Of a stretch of 64,000 bases of DNA, positions 1 through 10,586 are shown piece after piece. The stretch spans positions 46,595 to 110,594 of the forward strand of contig MKYF01000001.1 in NCBI GenBank assembly GCA_001914195.1, written 5' to 3'. This stretch comes from Streptococcus mitis. GTDB lineage: Bacteria; Bacillota; Bacilli; Lactobacillales; Streptococcaceae. Positions within the stretch are counted from its first letter, which is position 1. Every line of letters begins with the position of its first letter. The notes beneath the pieces were generated by a model that saw only the letters and a list, made by a program, of their open reading frames with translations, made no database searches and was not told the origin of the DNA. A program made the position numbers and the translations under genes.

Positions 1-212
1 TAAAAAATTGTTTAGTCAAGTTTGAGGTTACTTGCCATAACGCTTTTATTGCAGGTAGACCTTTAGAATATAACGATGGTAGAAACAATAAACTGGATGA
101 TGTCCGTTGGGAACTTGAATACTTAATTAGAGTTGATTTAGGAACTGTATAGTCTAGCATTTATTTCTAAGGGGTTGCCTTCTAAAAAAATAGGAAAATA
201 GGATTGTTTAAA

Positions 213-725
213 ATGAATTCAAATAAAGATGATAGGTGGTCCAAACAATTAGGTGATTTTGGGGAGTCACTTGTAATGTACTTGCTTGGAAATTTAAAAG
301 AACAGAGAGTGGCACTAGTGGATCATGTTGGTGCAGACATCATTTCGACAGATAGACTTGAAAATGGACATAGATATGCTATATCTGTGAAAAGTAGATG
401 GTTTAAAACGGATGACCCATCTTTAGTGTTTGAAAAAGGAGATCAAGATAAGTTATCTGAATTTGCAAAAGAATTCAATATGATTCCTGTTGTAGCTCTT
501 GTAATGATAGATAAATCTGCTGATGTGATAGATGTATATATTATGAAATTGAATAATTTCAAAACTTTTGCTTCTGATCCAGATTTTCAAGGAATTACAT
601 TTCGAAGTGGGGACACGTTAGCTATAAGTAATGCTCAAAAAAATCAGAAAAATTTGCAGAGTAATCCTAGGATAGACCATTCTCGCTTTACAAGAAGTCA
701 ATTTGGTCATAAATTAGATATTTGA
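213..725 (+). CDS. Hypothetical protein, possible PD-(D/E)xK nuclease-like fold
   Basis: The ORF track 204..725 begins at TTG; the ATG is at 213, with an AG-rich RBS upstream. The motif G(E/D)xGE...VDHVGADIIS...AISVKS resembles a D...(D/E)xK nuclease core. No family was recognised confidently. Confidence 0.35.
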   Translation: MNSNKDDRWSKQLGDFGESLVMYLLGNLKEQRVALVDHVGADIISTDRLENGHRYAISVKSRWFKTDDPSLVFEKGDQDKLSEFAKEFNMIPVVALVMIDKSADVIDVYIMKLNNFKTFASDPDFQGITFRSGDTLAISNAQKNQKNLQSNPRIDHSRFTRSQFGHKLDI

Positions 726-783
726 CAAGTGATTAAAGTAATTTTAATCAAAAGTGAACAGATAAAAGAAAGGAAAAGAAAAC

Positions 784-2079
784 ATGATTGATAGATACTC
801 TCGCCCCGAAATGGCGAATATTTGGAGTGAAGAAAATAAATACCGTGCTTGGCTTGAGGTGGAAATCTTGGCTGACGAGGCATGGGCTGAGTTGGGGGAA
901 ATCCCTAAGGAAGATGTGGCTTTAATTCGCGAGAAGGCGGACTTTGACATCGACCGTATTTTGGAAATTGAGCAGGAGACGCGCCACGATGTGGTGGCTT
1001 TCACGCGTGCGGTTTCTGAGACTCTTGGTGAAGAGCGCAAGTGGGTCCACTATGGTTTGACCTCTACCGACGTGGTGGATACTGCCTATGGTTACCTTTA
1101 CAAACAAGCCAACGACATCATCCGTCGTGATCTTGAAAACTTCACCAACATCATTGCTGATAAGGCCAAGGAGCACAAGTTCACTATCATGATGGGGCGT
1201 ACCCACGGTGTGCACGCTGAGCCGACAACCTTTGGTCTTAAATTGGCGACTTGGTACAGCGAAATGAAGCGCAATATTGAGCGTTTTGAGCATGCGGCTG
1301 CTGGTGTAGAAGCTGGTAAAATATCTGGTGCGGTTGGTAACTTTGCCAACATCCCACCGTTTGTAGAACAATATGTCTGCGATAAGCTGGGTATCCGTGC
1401 TCAAGAAATCTCTACACAGGTCCTTCCTCGTGACCTTCACGCTGAGTACTTTGCAGTTCTTGCCAGCATCGCGACTTCAATCGAACGCATGGCGACTGAG
1501 ATTCGTGGTTTGCAAAAATCAGAACAACGCGAAGTGGAAGAATTCTTTGCCAAAGGGCAAAAAGGGTCTTCAGCAATGCCTCACAAACGCAATCCTATCG
1601 GTTCTGAGAACATGACAGGTCTTGCGCGTGTTATCCGTGGTCATATGATTACAGCTTATGAAAACGTCGCTCTTTGGCACGAACGTGACATCTCTCACTC
1701 ATCAGCTGAGCGTATCATCACACCTGATACGACCATCTTGATTGACTACATGCTTAACCGTTTTGGAAATATTGTCAAGAATTTGACAGTCTTCCCAGAA
1801 AACATGATTCGCAACATGAACTCGACATTTGGTTTGATTTTCAGCCAACGTGCTATGTTGACCTTGATTGAAAAAGGGATGACCCGTGAGCAAGCCTATG
1901 ACTTGGTACAACCAAAAACTGCCCATTCATGGGACAATCAAGTCGACTTTAAACCACTTCTAGAAGCAGATCCAGAAGTGACCTCACGCCTCACTCAAGA
2001 AGAAATCGATGAAATCTTTAACCCAGTTTATTACACTAAACGAGTGGATGATATCTTTGAACGTCTTGGTTTAGGATAA
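784..2079 (+). CDS. purB: Adenylosuccinate lyase
   Basis: 431 aa. The N-terminus [24 protein letters not shown] and the conserved lyase class I signature region are typical of PurB. The length is right. Confidence 0.95.
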   Translation: MIDRYSRPEMANIWSEENKYRAWLEVEILADEAWAELGEIPKEDVALIREKADFDIDRILEIEQETRHDVVAFTRAVSETLGEERKWVHYGLTSTDVVDTAYGYLYKQANDIIRRDLENFTNIIADKAKEHKFTIMMGRTHGVHAEPTTFGLKLATWYSEMKRNIERFEHAAAGVEAGKISGAVGNFANIPPFVEQYVCDKLGIRAQEISTQVLPRDLHAEYFAVLASIATSIERMATEIRGLQKSEQREVEEFFAKGQKGSSAMPHKRNPIGSENMTGLARVIRGHMITAYENVALWHERDISHSSAERIITPDTTILIDYMLNRFGNIVKNLTVFPENMIRNMNSTFGLIFSQRAMLTLIEKGMTREQAYDLVQPKTAHSWDNQVDFKPLLEADPEVTSRLTQEEIDEIFNPVYYTKRVDDIFERLGLG

Positions 2080-2090
2080 TTAAAATAAAA

Positions 2091-2140
2091 TCGAAGTTCT
2101 ATTACTCTATTCACTGGAGTAGAAGAACTTCGGTTTTTCT
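2091..2140 (+). terminator. Rho-independent terminator downstream of purB
   Basis: A 9-bp stem (cgaagttct ... agaacttcg) is followed by a T-run (ggtttttctt). Confidence 0.6.
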
Positions 2141-2291
2141 TGTTTATTAAAGCTCTTTTGCTAAAAAGATTCCCAATATTTTAGTAAAATTTCAACTAAT
2201 TTAATCGATCTTCATTGACATATAGAAAATACAGTTTTGATGGGATATAATAATCATAGAAAAAAGCCCAAGCAAGGCTCAGGCTTTCTTC

Positions 2292-3008
2292 TTAGTGATC
2301 ACGGTCACATGAAATGAATTTGATTTTGTAGTAATCCGCTCGTTTATAAGTTTCGCTGTAAGCGAGAACCTGACCAGTAGACTCTAATTTAGTAGTCTTG
2401 GTTTGTAAAACGCTAGGGAATTGTTCATCGACTCCGAGGACTGAAGCCGCATGTTCTGGAGTTGGAAATGCTATTTCATTGATTTCTTCAAAATGTTCAT
2501 CATTCATGTGGATGTGATAATCCAATTTGAAACGGTTATAGATAGAGCTATAATATTCAAGATTTGGATAATTTGCGTTGATGTATTGTTCTGGAATATA
2601 AGATGTATGATAGATGTATACGACATCATTTGTTTCGCGTACACGTTCAATCTTGTAGTAGAATTGGTTACCGCGTAGTCCAAGTTTTTCTAGGTAGCTT
2701 AGTTTGTTTCCACGCTCAATAGAAAGGACGGTCACTTTATCATCTTTAGTTTCAAAAACTTCTACATCAGAAAACTCTACGAGTTTGTGTTTGCGTGCGC
2801 GTGAAACGAATGTACCCTTTCCTTGTTGGCGGACAATATAGCCATCTTTGGCAAGGTCGTTTAAGGCGCGGACAACTGTGATAGAACTTACATCATACAT
2901 AGCGATCAATTCAGCTTCAGTGTAAAATTTATCTCCACTAGCGAATTGGCCAGAAATGATTTTGTTCTTTAATTCATCTTTTATATATTGATACTTTGGA
3001 ATTGCCAT
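2292..3008 (-). CDS. GntR/HutC-family transcriptional regulator (winged HTH plus UTRA domain), divergent from the bgaC-PTS operon
   Basis: The N-terminal HTH YTEAELIAMYDVSSITVVRALNDLAKDGYIVRQQGKGTFV is typical of the GntR/HutC subfamily. The likely start is ATG at 3008 (MAIPKYQY...), with a GAGGTG RBS 5 nt upstream. The ORF track extends to 3050. Confidence 0.8.
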   Translation of the reverse strand: MAIPKYQYIKDELKNKIISGQFASGDKFYTEAELIAMYDVSSITVVRALNDLAKDGYIVRQQGKGTFVSRARKHKLVEFSDVEVFETKDDKVTVLSIERGNKLSYLEKLGLRGNQFYYKIERVRETNDVVYIYHTSYIPEQYINANYPNLEYYSSIYNRFKLDYHIHMNDEHFEEINEIAFPTPEHAASVLGVDEQFPSVLQTKTTKLESTGQVLAYSETYKRADYYKIKFISCDRDH

Positions 3009-3246
3009 AATTTCACCTCGATTTTCCTTCTCCGTTAAAGATTTTACCATAAAACCGGAAAGAATAGTAGTCTTTTGAATAAAAAAATTAGAATAATAGG
3101 CTATAAGGTTAATTTACATAAAAAATAGGAGGTTTTATACATTTTTATACATGCCACCTGTTTGAAGCTATATGTCTGTAAATTTTATATCTTTATAAGT
3201 TTTTGTGTAAAAGTTGGGGAAAAATGAAAAAAATTGTGAAAAGCTA

Positions 3247-3275
3247 TTGACAAATGTAGTGTATTGAGTTATATT
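3247..3275 (+). promoter_or_regulatory. Sigma-70-type promoter of bgaC operon (TTGACA-17-TATATT)
   Basis: TTGACA at 3247-3252, a 17-nt spacer, and TATATT at 3270-3275. This lies 34 nt upstream of the bgaC ATG. Confidence 0.45.
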
Positions 3276-3289
3276 CAATATATCAACAA

Positions 3290-3304
3290 ATGAAAGCGTA
3301 AACT
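3290..3304 (+). promoter_or_regulatory. Candidate catabolite-responsive element (cre, CcpA site) between promoter and bgaC start
   Basis: The sequence aTGaAAgCGtaaaCt fits the cre consensus WTGNAANCGNWNNCW at every constrained position. Confidence 0.5.
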
Positions 3305-3308
3305 TAAA

Positions 3309-5114
3309 ATGTCAAAAAGTAAGAATATGACACGATTTGAGATACGAGATGATTTCTATCTCGATGGAAAATCATTTAAGATTTTATCTGGCGCCATTCA
3401 TTATTTTAGGATTCCTCCAGAAGATTGGTATCATTCACTCTACAACTTGAAGGCTCTTGGTTTTAATACAGTGGAGACTTATGTGGCTTGGAATTTACAC
3501 GAGCCTCGTGAGGGTGAGTTTCACTTTGAAGGAGCTCTGGATTTGGAGCGGTTTCTACAGGCAGCACAAGATTTGGGTCTCTACGCTATCGTTCGTCCTT
3601 CACCCTTCATCTGTGCGGAGTGGGAATTCGGTGGTTTACCAGCTTGGCTCTTAACCAAAGACATGAGGATTCGTTCCTCAGATCCTGCTTATATTGAAGC
3701 TGTCGGTCACTACTATGACCAGCTCTTGTCACGATTGGTTCCACATTTGTTGGACAATGGTGGAAACATCCTTATGATGCAGGTTGAAAATGAATATGGT
3801 TCTTATGGCGAAGATAAGGCTTACCTGAGAGCCATTCGGCAGTTGATGGAAGAGCGTGGCATAACCTGTCCTCTCTTTACATCAGATGGTCCATGGCGAG
3901 CTACTCTGAAAGCTGGAACCTTAATCGAAGATGACCTCTTTGTAACAGGAAACTTTGGTTCTAAGGCACCTTACAACTTTTCACAGATGCAGGAATTCTT
4001 TGATGAACATGGCAAGAAATGGCCACTCATGTGTATGGAGTTCTGGGATGGCTGGTTCAATCGTTGGAAAGAACCGATTATCACACGGGATCCAAAAGAA
4101 TTGGCAGATGCAGTTCGAGAAGTTTTGGAGCAAGGCTCTATCAATCTTTACATGTTCCACGGTGGTACAAACTTTGGATTCATGAATGGTTGCTCGGCTC
4201 GAGGAACTTTGGACCTGCCACAAGTTACGTCTTATGATTACGATGCGCTTCTGGATGAAGAAGGAAATCCAACTGCCAAATACTTGGCAGTCAAGAAGAT
4301 GATGGCAACACATTTTCCAGAGTATCCGCAGTTGGAACCACTCTACAAAGAGAGTATGGAGTTGGATGCTATTCCACTAGTTGAAAAAGTTTCCTTGTTT
4401 GAAACCTTGGATAGTCTGTCAAGTCCTGTAGAAAGCCTCTATCCTAAAAAGATGGAGGAGTTGGGACAAAGCTATGGCTATCTACTCTATCGAACAGAAA
4501 CAAACTGGGATGCAGAAGAAGAAAGACTTCGTATCATTGATGGTCGAGATAGGGCTCAGCTTTATGTCGATGGTCAATGGGTCAAAACCCAATATCAGAC
4601 AGAGATTGGGGAAGATATTTTCTATCAAGGCGAAAAGAAAGCGTTATCTAGATTGGATATCTTGGTAGAAAATATGGGGCGTGTCAACTATGGACATAAG
4701 TTCTTAGCGGACACGCAACGTAAGGGAATTCGGACAGGGGTTTGTAAGGATTTGCACTTCTTACTAAACTGGGAACACTATCCACTCCCACTAGACAATC
4801 CTGAGAAAATTGATTTTTCAAAAGGATGGACTCAAGGACAACCAGCCTTTTACGCTTATGATTTTACAATCGAAGAGCCAAAAGATACTTACCTAGACTT
4901 GTCTGAGTTTGGTAAGGGAGTTGCCTTTGTAAACGGGCAGAATCTAGGACGTTTTTGGAACGTCGGCCCAACCCTCTCGCTCTATATCCCTCATAGCTAT
5001 CTCAAGGAAGGTGCCAATCGTATCATCATCTTTGAAACAGAGGGCCAATATAAAGAAGAGATTCATTTAACTCGTAAACCTACACTAAAACACATAAAGG
5101 GGGAAAACTTATGA
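3309..5114 (+). CDS. bgaC: Beta-galactosidase, glycoside hydrolase family 35
   Basis: 601 aa. The N-terminal region FKILSGAIHYFRIPPEDW...NTVETYVAWNLHEP...ENEYGSYG is the GH35 catalytic core (the ENEYG acid/base motif). The synteny with mannose-type PTS genes, agaS and galM matches the pneumococcal bgaC locus. Confidence 0.9.
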   Translation: MSKSKNMTRFEIRDDFYLDGKSFKILSGAIHYFRIPPEDWYHSLYNLKALGFNTVETYVAWNLHEPREGEFHFEGALDLERFLQAAQDLGLYAIVRPSPFICAEWEFGGLPAWLLTKDMRIRSSDPAYIEAVGHYYDQLLSRLVPHLLDNGGNILMMQVENEYGSYGEDKAYLRAIRQLMEERGITCPLFTSDGPWRATLKAGTLIEDDLFVTGNFGSKAPYNFSQMQEFFDEHGKKWPLMCMEFWDGWFNRWKEPIITRDPKELADAVREVLEQGSINLYMFHGGTNFGFMNGCSARGTLDLPQVTSYDYDALLDEEGNPTAKYLAVKKMMATHFPEYPQLEPLYKESMELDAIPLVEKVSLFETLDSLSSPVESLYPKKMEELGQSYGYLLYRTETNWDAEEERLRIIDGRDRAQLYVDGQWVKTQYQTEIGEDIFYQGEKKALSRLDILVENMGRVNYGHKFLADTQRKGIRTGVCKDLHFLLNWEHYPLPLDNPEKIDFSKGWTQGQPAFYAYDFTIEEPKDTYLDLSEFGKGVAFVNGQNLGRFWNVGPTLSLYIPHSYLKEGANRIIIFETEGQYKEEIHLTRKPTLKHIKGENL

Positions 5115-5587
5115 CAATTGTAGGATGCCGTATCGATGGACGTTTGATCCACGGACAAGTAGCCAATCTTTGGGCTGGAAAACTAAATGTTTCACGTATT
5201 ATGGTTGTAGATAACGAAGTTGTCAACAATGACGTTGAAAAGAGTGGTTTGAAACTCGCGACACCACCAGGTGTGAAATTGAGTATTTTGCCAATTGAAA
5301 AAGCGGCAGCCAATATTCTTGCTGGAAAATACGATAGCCAACGTCTCTTTATCGTGGCTCGCAAACCAGACCGTTTCCTTGGTTTGGTTGAAGCAGGTGT
5401 ACCAATTGAAACCCTTAATGTTGGGAATATGTCTCAAACACCAGAAACTCGCCCCATCACACGTTCTATCAACGTAGTAGACAAGGATGTGGAAGACTTC
5501 CACAAATTGGCAGAAAAAGGTGTTAAACTTACTGCTCAAATGGTTCCAAATGATCCAATTTCAGACTTTTTGAGCTTATTAAAATAG
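5111..5587 (+). CDS. PTS system mannose/galactosamine-family EIIB component
   Basis: 158 aa. CRIDGRLIHGQVANLWAGKLNVSRIMVVDNEV is the EIIB-Man phospho-histidine region. Confidence 0.85.
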   Translation: MTIVGCRIDGRLIHGQVANLWAGKLNVSRIMVVDNEVVNNDVEKSGLKLATPPGVKLSILPIEKAAANILAGKYDSQRLFIVARKPDRFLGLVEAGVPIETLNVGNMSQTPETRPITRSINVVDKDVEDFHKLAEKGVKLTAQMVPNDPISDFLSLLK

Positions 5588-5613
5588 GAAAAAATTTTTA
5601 GGAGGTCATTGTT

Positions 5614-6519
5614 ATGATACAATGGTGGCAAATTTTACTTCTCACTTTGTACTCAGCTTATCAAATCTGTGATGAGTTGACGATCGTTTCATCTGCAGGT
5701 TCCCCTGTATTTGCTGGTTTTATTACTGGTTTAATCATGGGAGATGTGACTACTGGTCTACTTATCGGTGGTAACTTGCAACTATTCGTTCTTGGGGTTG
5801 GTACCTTCGGTGGTGCTTCTCGTATCGACGCAACTTCTGGTGCGGTTCTTGCGACAGCCTTCTCTGTTTCACAAGGAATTGATACAGCACTTGCGATTAC
5901 AACAATCGCTGTGCCAGTAGCAACTCTCTTGACATACTTCGACGTTCTTGGACGTATGACAACTACTTTCTTTGCTCACCGTGTGGATGCTGCAATCGAA
6001 CGCTTTGACTATAAAGGTATTGAACGCAACTACCTACTTGGTGCGATTCCTTGGGCTCTATCTCGTGCCCTTCCAGTCTTCTTTGCGCTTGCTTTTGGTG
6101 GTGAATTTGTACAACACGTAGTAGATTTCGTTACAAAATACCAATGGGTTGCAGATGGTTTGACACTCGCAGGACGTATGCTTCCAGGTCTTGGATTTGC
6201 AATCTTGCTTCGTTACCTTCCAGTTAAACGTAACCTTCACTACCTTGCTATGGGATTTGGTTTGACAGCTATGTTGACTGTTCTTTACTCATATGTAACT
6301 GGTCTTGGTGGCGCTGTTGCTGGTATCGTAGGCACTCTACCGAAAGATGTTGCTGAAAAAATTGGTTTCGTGAACAACTTCAAAGGTTTGTCTATGATTG
6401 GTATCTCTATCGTAGGTATCTTCCTTGCAGTGCTTCACTTCAAAAATAGCCAAAAAGTAGCTGTAGCAGCACCTTCTACACCATCAGAAAGTGGGGAAAT
6501 CGAAGATGACGAATTCTAA
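5614..6519 (+). CDS. PTS system mannose-family EIIC component
   Basis: 301 aa. It is polytopic and glycine-rich, and sits in the canonical IIB-IIC-IID order. Confidence 0.85.
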   Translation: MIQWWQILLLTLYSAYQICDELTIVSSAGSPVFAGFITGLIMGDVTTGLLIGGNLQLFVLGVGTFGGASRIDATSGAVLATAFSVSQGIDTALAITTIAVPVATLLTYFDVLGRMTTTFFAHRVDAAIERFDYKGIERNYLLGAIPWALSRALPVFFALAFGGEFVQHVVDFVTKYQWVADGLTLAGRMLPGLGFAILLRYLPVKRNLHYLAMGFGLTAMLTVLYSYVTGLGGAVAGIVGTLPKDVAEKIGFVNNFKGLSMIGISIVGIFLAVLHFKNSQKVAVAAPSTPSESGEIEDDEF

Positions 6520-7327
6520 TTACAAACTTACAAAAGAAGATTTTAACCAAATCAATAAACGTAGCTTGTTTACTTTCCAATTGGGTTGGAACTACGAACG
6601 TATGCAAGCTTCTGGTTACCTTTACATGATTTTGCCTCAATTGCGTAAAATGTATGGGGATGGAACTCCTGAATTGAAAGAAATGATGAAAGTTCATACT
6701 CAATTCTTCAATACTTCACCATTCTTCCACACCATCATCGCTGGTTTTGATCTTGCCATGGAAGAAAAAGATGGTGTAGGTTCAAAAGATGCCGTTAATG
6801 GTATCAAGACAGGTTTGATGGGACCATTCGCTCCTCTTGGAGATACAATCTTTGGTTCACTTGTACCTGCTATCATGGGATCTATCGCAGCAACTATGGC
6901 TATCGGTGGTCAACCTTGGGGTATCTTTCTTTGGATTGCAGTTGCAGTAGCGTATGATATCTTCCGTTGGAAACAGTTGGAATTTGCCTACAAAGAAGGG
7001 GTTAACCTTATCAACAACATGCAAAGTACCTTGACAGCTTTGATTGACGCTGCATCTGTACTTGGTGTCTTCATGATGGGTGCTCTTGTAGCAACAATGA
7101 TCAACTTTGAAATTTCTTACAAATGGGCAATCGGTGAGAAGATGATTGACTTCCAAGACATCTTGAACCAAATCTTCCCACGCTTGCTTCCAGCAATCTT
7201 TACTGCCTTTATCTTCTGGTTGCTTGGTAAGAAAGGTATGAACTCTACTAAAGCTATCGGTATTATTATCGTACTTGCTTTGGCTCTTTCTGCCTTTGGT
7301 AAATTTGTACTTGGAATGGGCGCATAA
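6506..7327 (+). CDS. PTS system mannose-family EIID component
   Basis: The ORF track starts at 6491. The ATG at 6506 (MTNSNYKLTKEDFNQINKRS...) is the likely start, overlapping the IIC stop. This is an EIID-Man family membrane protein. Confidence 0.85.
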   Translation: MTNSNYKLTKEDFNQINKRSLFTFQLGWNYERMQASGYLYMILPQLRKMYGDGTPELKEMMKVHTQFFNTSPFFHTIIAGFDLAMEEKDGVGSKDAVNGIKTGLMGPFAPLGDTIFGSLVPAIMGSIAATMAIGGQPWGIFLWIAVAVAYDIFRWKQLEFAYKEGVNLINNMQSTLTALIDAASVLGVFMMGALVATMINFEISYKWAIGEKMIDFQDILNQIFPRLLPAIFTAFIFWLLGKKGMNSTKAIGIIIVLALALSAFGKFVLGMGA

Positions 7328-7330
7328 TTT

Positions 7331-7735
7331 ATGACGCAATCATTAATTTTGGTGAGTCATGGTCGCTTCTGTGAAGAACTTAAAGGTAGCACTGAAATGA
7401 TCATGGGCCCACAAGACAATATTTATACAGTAGCTCTTCTTCCAGAAGATGGGCCAGAAGAATTTACTGCAAAATTTGAAGCTGCTATTGAAGGATTAGA
7501 TGATTTCCTAGTCTTTGCGGATCTTCTCGGTGGAACACCATGTAACGTGGTCAGCCGTTTGATTATGGAAGGTCGTGACATTGAACTTTACGCAGGGATG
7601 AATCTTCCAATGGTGATTGAATTTATCAATGCGAGCCTTACAGGCGCAGATGCGGACTACAAGAGCCGTGCTGCAGAAAGCATTGTGAAAGTTAATGACC
7701 TGTTAGCGGGCTTCGATGATGACGAAGATGAATAA
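7331..7735 (+). CDS. PTS system mannose-family EIIA component
   Basis: 134 aa. MTQSLILVSHGRFCEEL is the EIIA-Man N-terminus with the phospho-His in the SHG motif. Confidence 0.8.
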   Translation: MTQSLILVSHGRFCEELKGSTEMIMGPQDNIYTVALLPEDGPEEFTAKFEAAIEGLDDFLVFADLLGGTPCNVVSRLIMEGRDIELYAGMNLPMVIEFINASLTGADADYKSRAAESIVKVNDLLAGFDDDEDE

Positions 7736-7887
7736 TACTCTTCGAAAATCTCTTTAAACCATACTAGCGTCGCCTTGCCGTAGGTATATGTTACTGACTT
7801 CGTCAGTCTTATCCTGCAACCTCAAAGCAGTGCTTTGAGCAACCTGCGGCTAGTTTCCTAGTTTGCTCTTTGATTTTCATTGAGTAT
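7736..7887 (+). repeat. BOX element (boxA-boxB-boxC)
   Basis: It starts with tactcttcgaaaatctcttt, has an internal box with ..cctcaaagcagtgctttgagc.., and ends with ttgctctttgattttcattgagtat. This is the same family as six other copies in the window. Confidence 0.85.
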
Positions 7888-7988
7888 ACGATGTGACAAC
7901 GTGAAAATCGTTAGAGCATTTTATATAGAATATACATGGGAATGGGGCTTACTCCCATTCCCATATTTAATAGAAAAAGAGGAACTCA

Positions 7989-9155
7989 ATGTTACATTAT
8001 ACAAAAGAAGACTTGATCGAATTGGGTGCAGAAATCACTACACGTGAAATCTACCAACAACCAGATGTATGGAAAGAAGCTTTTGAATCTTATCAAGCAA
8101 AACGTGAAGAAATTGCAGCTTTCCTACAAGGGATTGATGATAAACATGACTATATCAAGGTTATCTTGACAGGTGCTGGGACTTCTGCTTATGTGGGAGA
8201 TACCTTGGTACCTTACTTTAAGGAAGTCTACGACGAACGCAAATGGAATTTCAATGCTATTGCGACAACAGATATCGTTGCCAATCCAGAAACTTATTTG
8301 AAAAAAGATGTGGCAACTGTACTTGTATCTTTTGCTCGTAGTGGGAACTCGCCTGAAAGTGTGGCGACTGTTGATTTGGCAAAAGCCTTGGTGGATGAGC
8401 TTTATCAAGTGACGATTACTTGTGCGGCAGATGGTAAATTGGGTCTTCAAGCTCATGGAGATGACCGCAATCTCTTGCTTTTGCAACCAGCTGCTTCTAA
8501 TGATGCTGGCTTTGCTATGACTTCTAGCTTTACGTCTATGATGTTAACAGCTCTCTTGGTTTTTGATCCTACAGAATTTGCTGTGAAAGCTGAACGTTTT
8601 GAAGTTGTATCTAGTCTTGCCCGTAAAATTCTAGACAATGCAGAAGATGTCAAAGAGCTCGTTGACCTAGACTTTAACCGTGTCATTTATCTAGGCGCTG
8701 GTCCTTTCTTTGGACTTGCTCATGAAGCTCAGCTCAAGATTTTGGAATTAACAGCTGGCCAAGTGGCGACCATGTATGAAAGTCCAGTTGGCTTCCGTCA
8801 CGGTCCAAAATCACTGATCAACGAAGATACAGTTGTCTTGGTCTTTGGTACAACGACAAACTACACTCGTAAGTACGACTTGGACTTGGTTCGTGAAGTT
8901 GCTGGTGACCAGATTGCTCGACGTGTTGTGCTTTTGAGTGATCAAGCCTTTGGTCTTGAAAATGTCAAAGAAGTGGCCCTTGGTTGTGGTGGTGTATTGA
9001 ATGATATTTACCGTGTCTTCCCTTACATCGTTTATGCCCAACTCTTTGCCCTATTGACTTCACTCAAGGTAGAAAATAAACCAGATACACCGTCTCCTAC
9101 AGGTACAGTAAACCGTGTGGTACAAGGTGTTATCATCCACGAATATCAAAAGTAA
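7989..9155 (+). CDS. agaS: Tagatose/galactosamine-6-phosphate ketose-aldose isomerase, tandem SIS domains
   Basis: 388 aa. It has two sugar-isomerase domains (VILTGAGTSAYVG ... FARSGNSPES). It sits between the PTS genes and galM, as at the pneumococcal bgaC locus. Confidence 0.85.
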   Translation: MLHYTKEDLIELGAEITTREIYQQPDVWKEAFESYQAKREEIAAFLQGIDDKHDYIKVILTGAGTSAYVGDTLVPYFKEVYDERKWNFNAIATTDIVANPETYLKKDVATVLVSFARSGNSPESVATVDLAKALVDELYQVTITCAADGKLGLQAHGDDRNLLLLQPAASNDAGFAMTSSFTSMMLTALLVFDPTEFAVKAERFEVVSSLARKILDNAEDVKELVDLDFNRVIYLGAGPFFGLAHEAQLKILELTAGQVATMYESPVGFRHGPKSLINEDTVVLVFGTTTNYTRKYDLDLVREVAGDQIARRVVLLSDQAFGLENVKEVALGCGGVLNDIYRVFPYIVYAQLFALLTSLKVENKPDTPSPTGTVNRVVQGVIIHEYQK

Positions 9156-9351
9156 TACTCTTCGAAAATCTCTTTAAACCATACTAGTGTCGCCTTGCCG
9201 TAGGTATATGATACTGACTCTGTCAGTTCTATCCACAACCTCAAAACAGTGTTTTGAGCTGACTTCGTCAGTTCTATCTGCAACCTCAAAGCAGTGCTTT
9301 GAGCAGCCTGTGGCTAGCTTCCTAGTTTGCTCTTTGATTTTCATTGAGTAT
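9156..9351 (+). repeat. BOX element with two boxB copies
   Basis: It has boxA, two tandem boxB units, and boxC (ends ...ttgattttcattgagtat). Confidence 0.85.
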
Positions 9352-9467
9352 AAGGCAATGTTTATGAATTCTTGAAAGAGGATTTGTAAATTATCAGATA
9401 AACCATAGATTGTCAGTAGGCTTTCTATGGTTTGTTTGCTTGAGAGAAATAGTAAAAGGAGAACAGA

Positions 9468-10505
9468 ATGAAAGCATACACAGAGCGTGTATTTGGAAAT
9501 GTTGAGGGCAAGGATGTCTTGGTCTATCGTTTTGAGACGGACGGTGGCTACCAGCTTGAAGTCATGAATTATGGTGCGACTATCTTGCGCTATGTCACGC
9601 CTGACAAGGCTGGAAATTTTGCCAACGTTATCTTGGGGTTTGATGACTTTGATAGCTATGTAGGCAATAGCCCCAAGCATGGAGCGAGCGTAGGTCCTGT
9701 GGCAGGACGTATTGCAGGTGCGACATTTGAGCTCAATGGCAAGACTTATGACCTTGAAGTCAACAATGCTAGCAACTGTAATCACAGTGGTTCAACAGGT
9801 TGGGATTCGAGCTTGTTTGAACTAGTTGAAGTGAGCGACCATGGTCTGACCCTCTATACAGAGCGTACAGATGGGACAGGAGGATTTCCTGGAAATCTCA
9901 AGATTTGGATCAGTTATCACTTGGAAGAAACTGGTGCCTATGAAATCAGCTACAAGGTAACGACCGATCAGGATACGCTGGTTAATCCAACTAATCACAG
10001 CTACTTCAACTTGTCTGGTGATTTCACGCAGACGATTGACCGTCATGTCTTCCAGCTAAATACTGAGGGCATTTATCCAATCGCTCCCGACGGTGTTCCG
10101 GCCAAAACTCCAGATGCCAATCGTGACGTAGTAAAACACATCTACAATGGTGCCTTGTTGAAAGACATCTTTGCAGAAGAAGATGAGCAAATCCAGCTGG
10201 TATCTGGCTTGGATCATCCATTTGCTCTTCCTGTGGATCATGATAATGCTGGTTTCCTTTATGATCAAGACTCAGGTCGCTTCCTGCTCTTCAAGACAGA
10301 GGCTCCTTGCTTTGTGGTCTACACAGCAAACTTTGTGGATGAAAGTGTCATCATAGGAGGTCAGCCAATGCTACAGCACAATGGGATTGCTCTTGAAGCG
10401 CAAGCTTTACCAGATGCCATTCACAGTGACCTCAAAGACCAAGTCATTCTTAAAGCCGGTCAAACCTTCACTAGTAAGACACGTTATGAGCTTGTTGTGA
10501 AGTAA
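9468..10505 (+). CDS. galM: Aldose 1-epimerase (galactose mutarotase)
   Basis: 345 aa, mutarotase fold. It is the last gene of the bgaC-PTS-agaS-galM cluster. Confidence 0.85.
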   Translation: MKAYTERVFGNVEGKDVLVYRFETDGGYQLEVMNYGATILRYVTPDKAGNFANVILGFDDFDSYVGNSPKHGASVGPVAGRIAGATFELNGKTYDLEVNNASNCNHSGSTGWDSSLFELVEVSDHGLTLYTERTDGTGGFPGNLKIWISYHLEETGAYEISYKVTTDQDTLVNPTNHSYFNLSGDFTQTIDRHVFQLNTEGIYPIAPDGVPAKTPDANRDVVKHIYNGALLKDIFAEEDEQIQLVSGLDHPFALPVDHDNAGFLYDQDSGRFLLFKTEAPCFVVYTANFVDESVIIGGQPMLQHNGIALEAQALPDAIHSDLKDQVILKAGQTFTSKTRYELVVK

Positions 10506-10513
10506 AGAAAGCT

Positions 10514-10586
10514 GGGAAAAAGTCTTTAAATTTAGAAAAACACATATTGTCGGGTGCTGAAAGTTTGATAATATGTGTTTTATTAT
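10514..10586 (+). repeat. SPRITE-like terminator hairpin repeat (copy 1)
   Basis: The prefix gggaaaaagtctttaaat is followed by a near-perfect 15-bp stem, aaaacacatattgtc/gataatatgtgtttt, and then Ts. A paralogous copy is at 12148-12220. Confidence 0.5.

Noticed and set aside
744-1926. Several ORFs antisense to or overlapping purB (744..1040, 922..1440, 1098..1352, 1373..1615, 1702..1926)
   Set aside because: They are fully embedded in a highly conserved housekeeping CDS, with no RBS or independent support.
9174-9785. 203-aa minus-strand ORF spanning a BOX element and the galM start
   Set aside because: It runs through a repeat element and antisense into galM. It is a spurious ORF.
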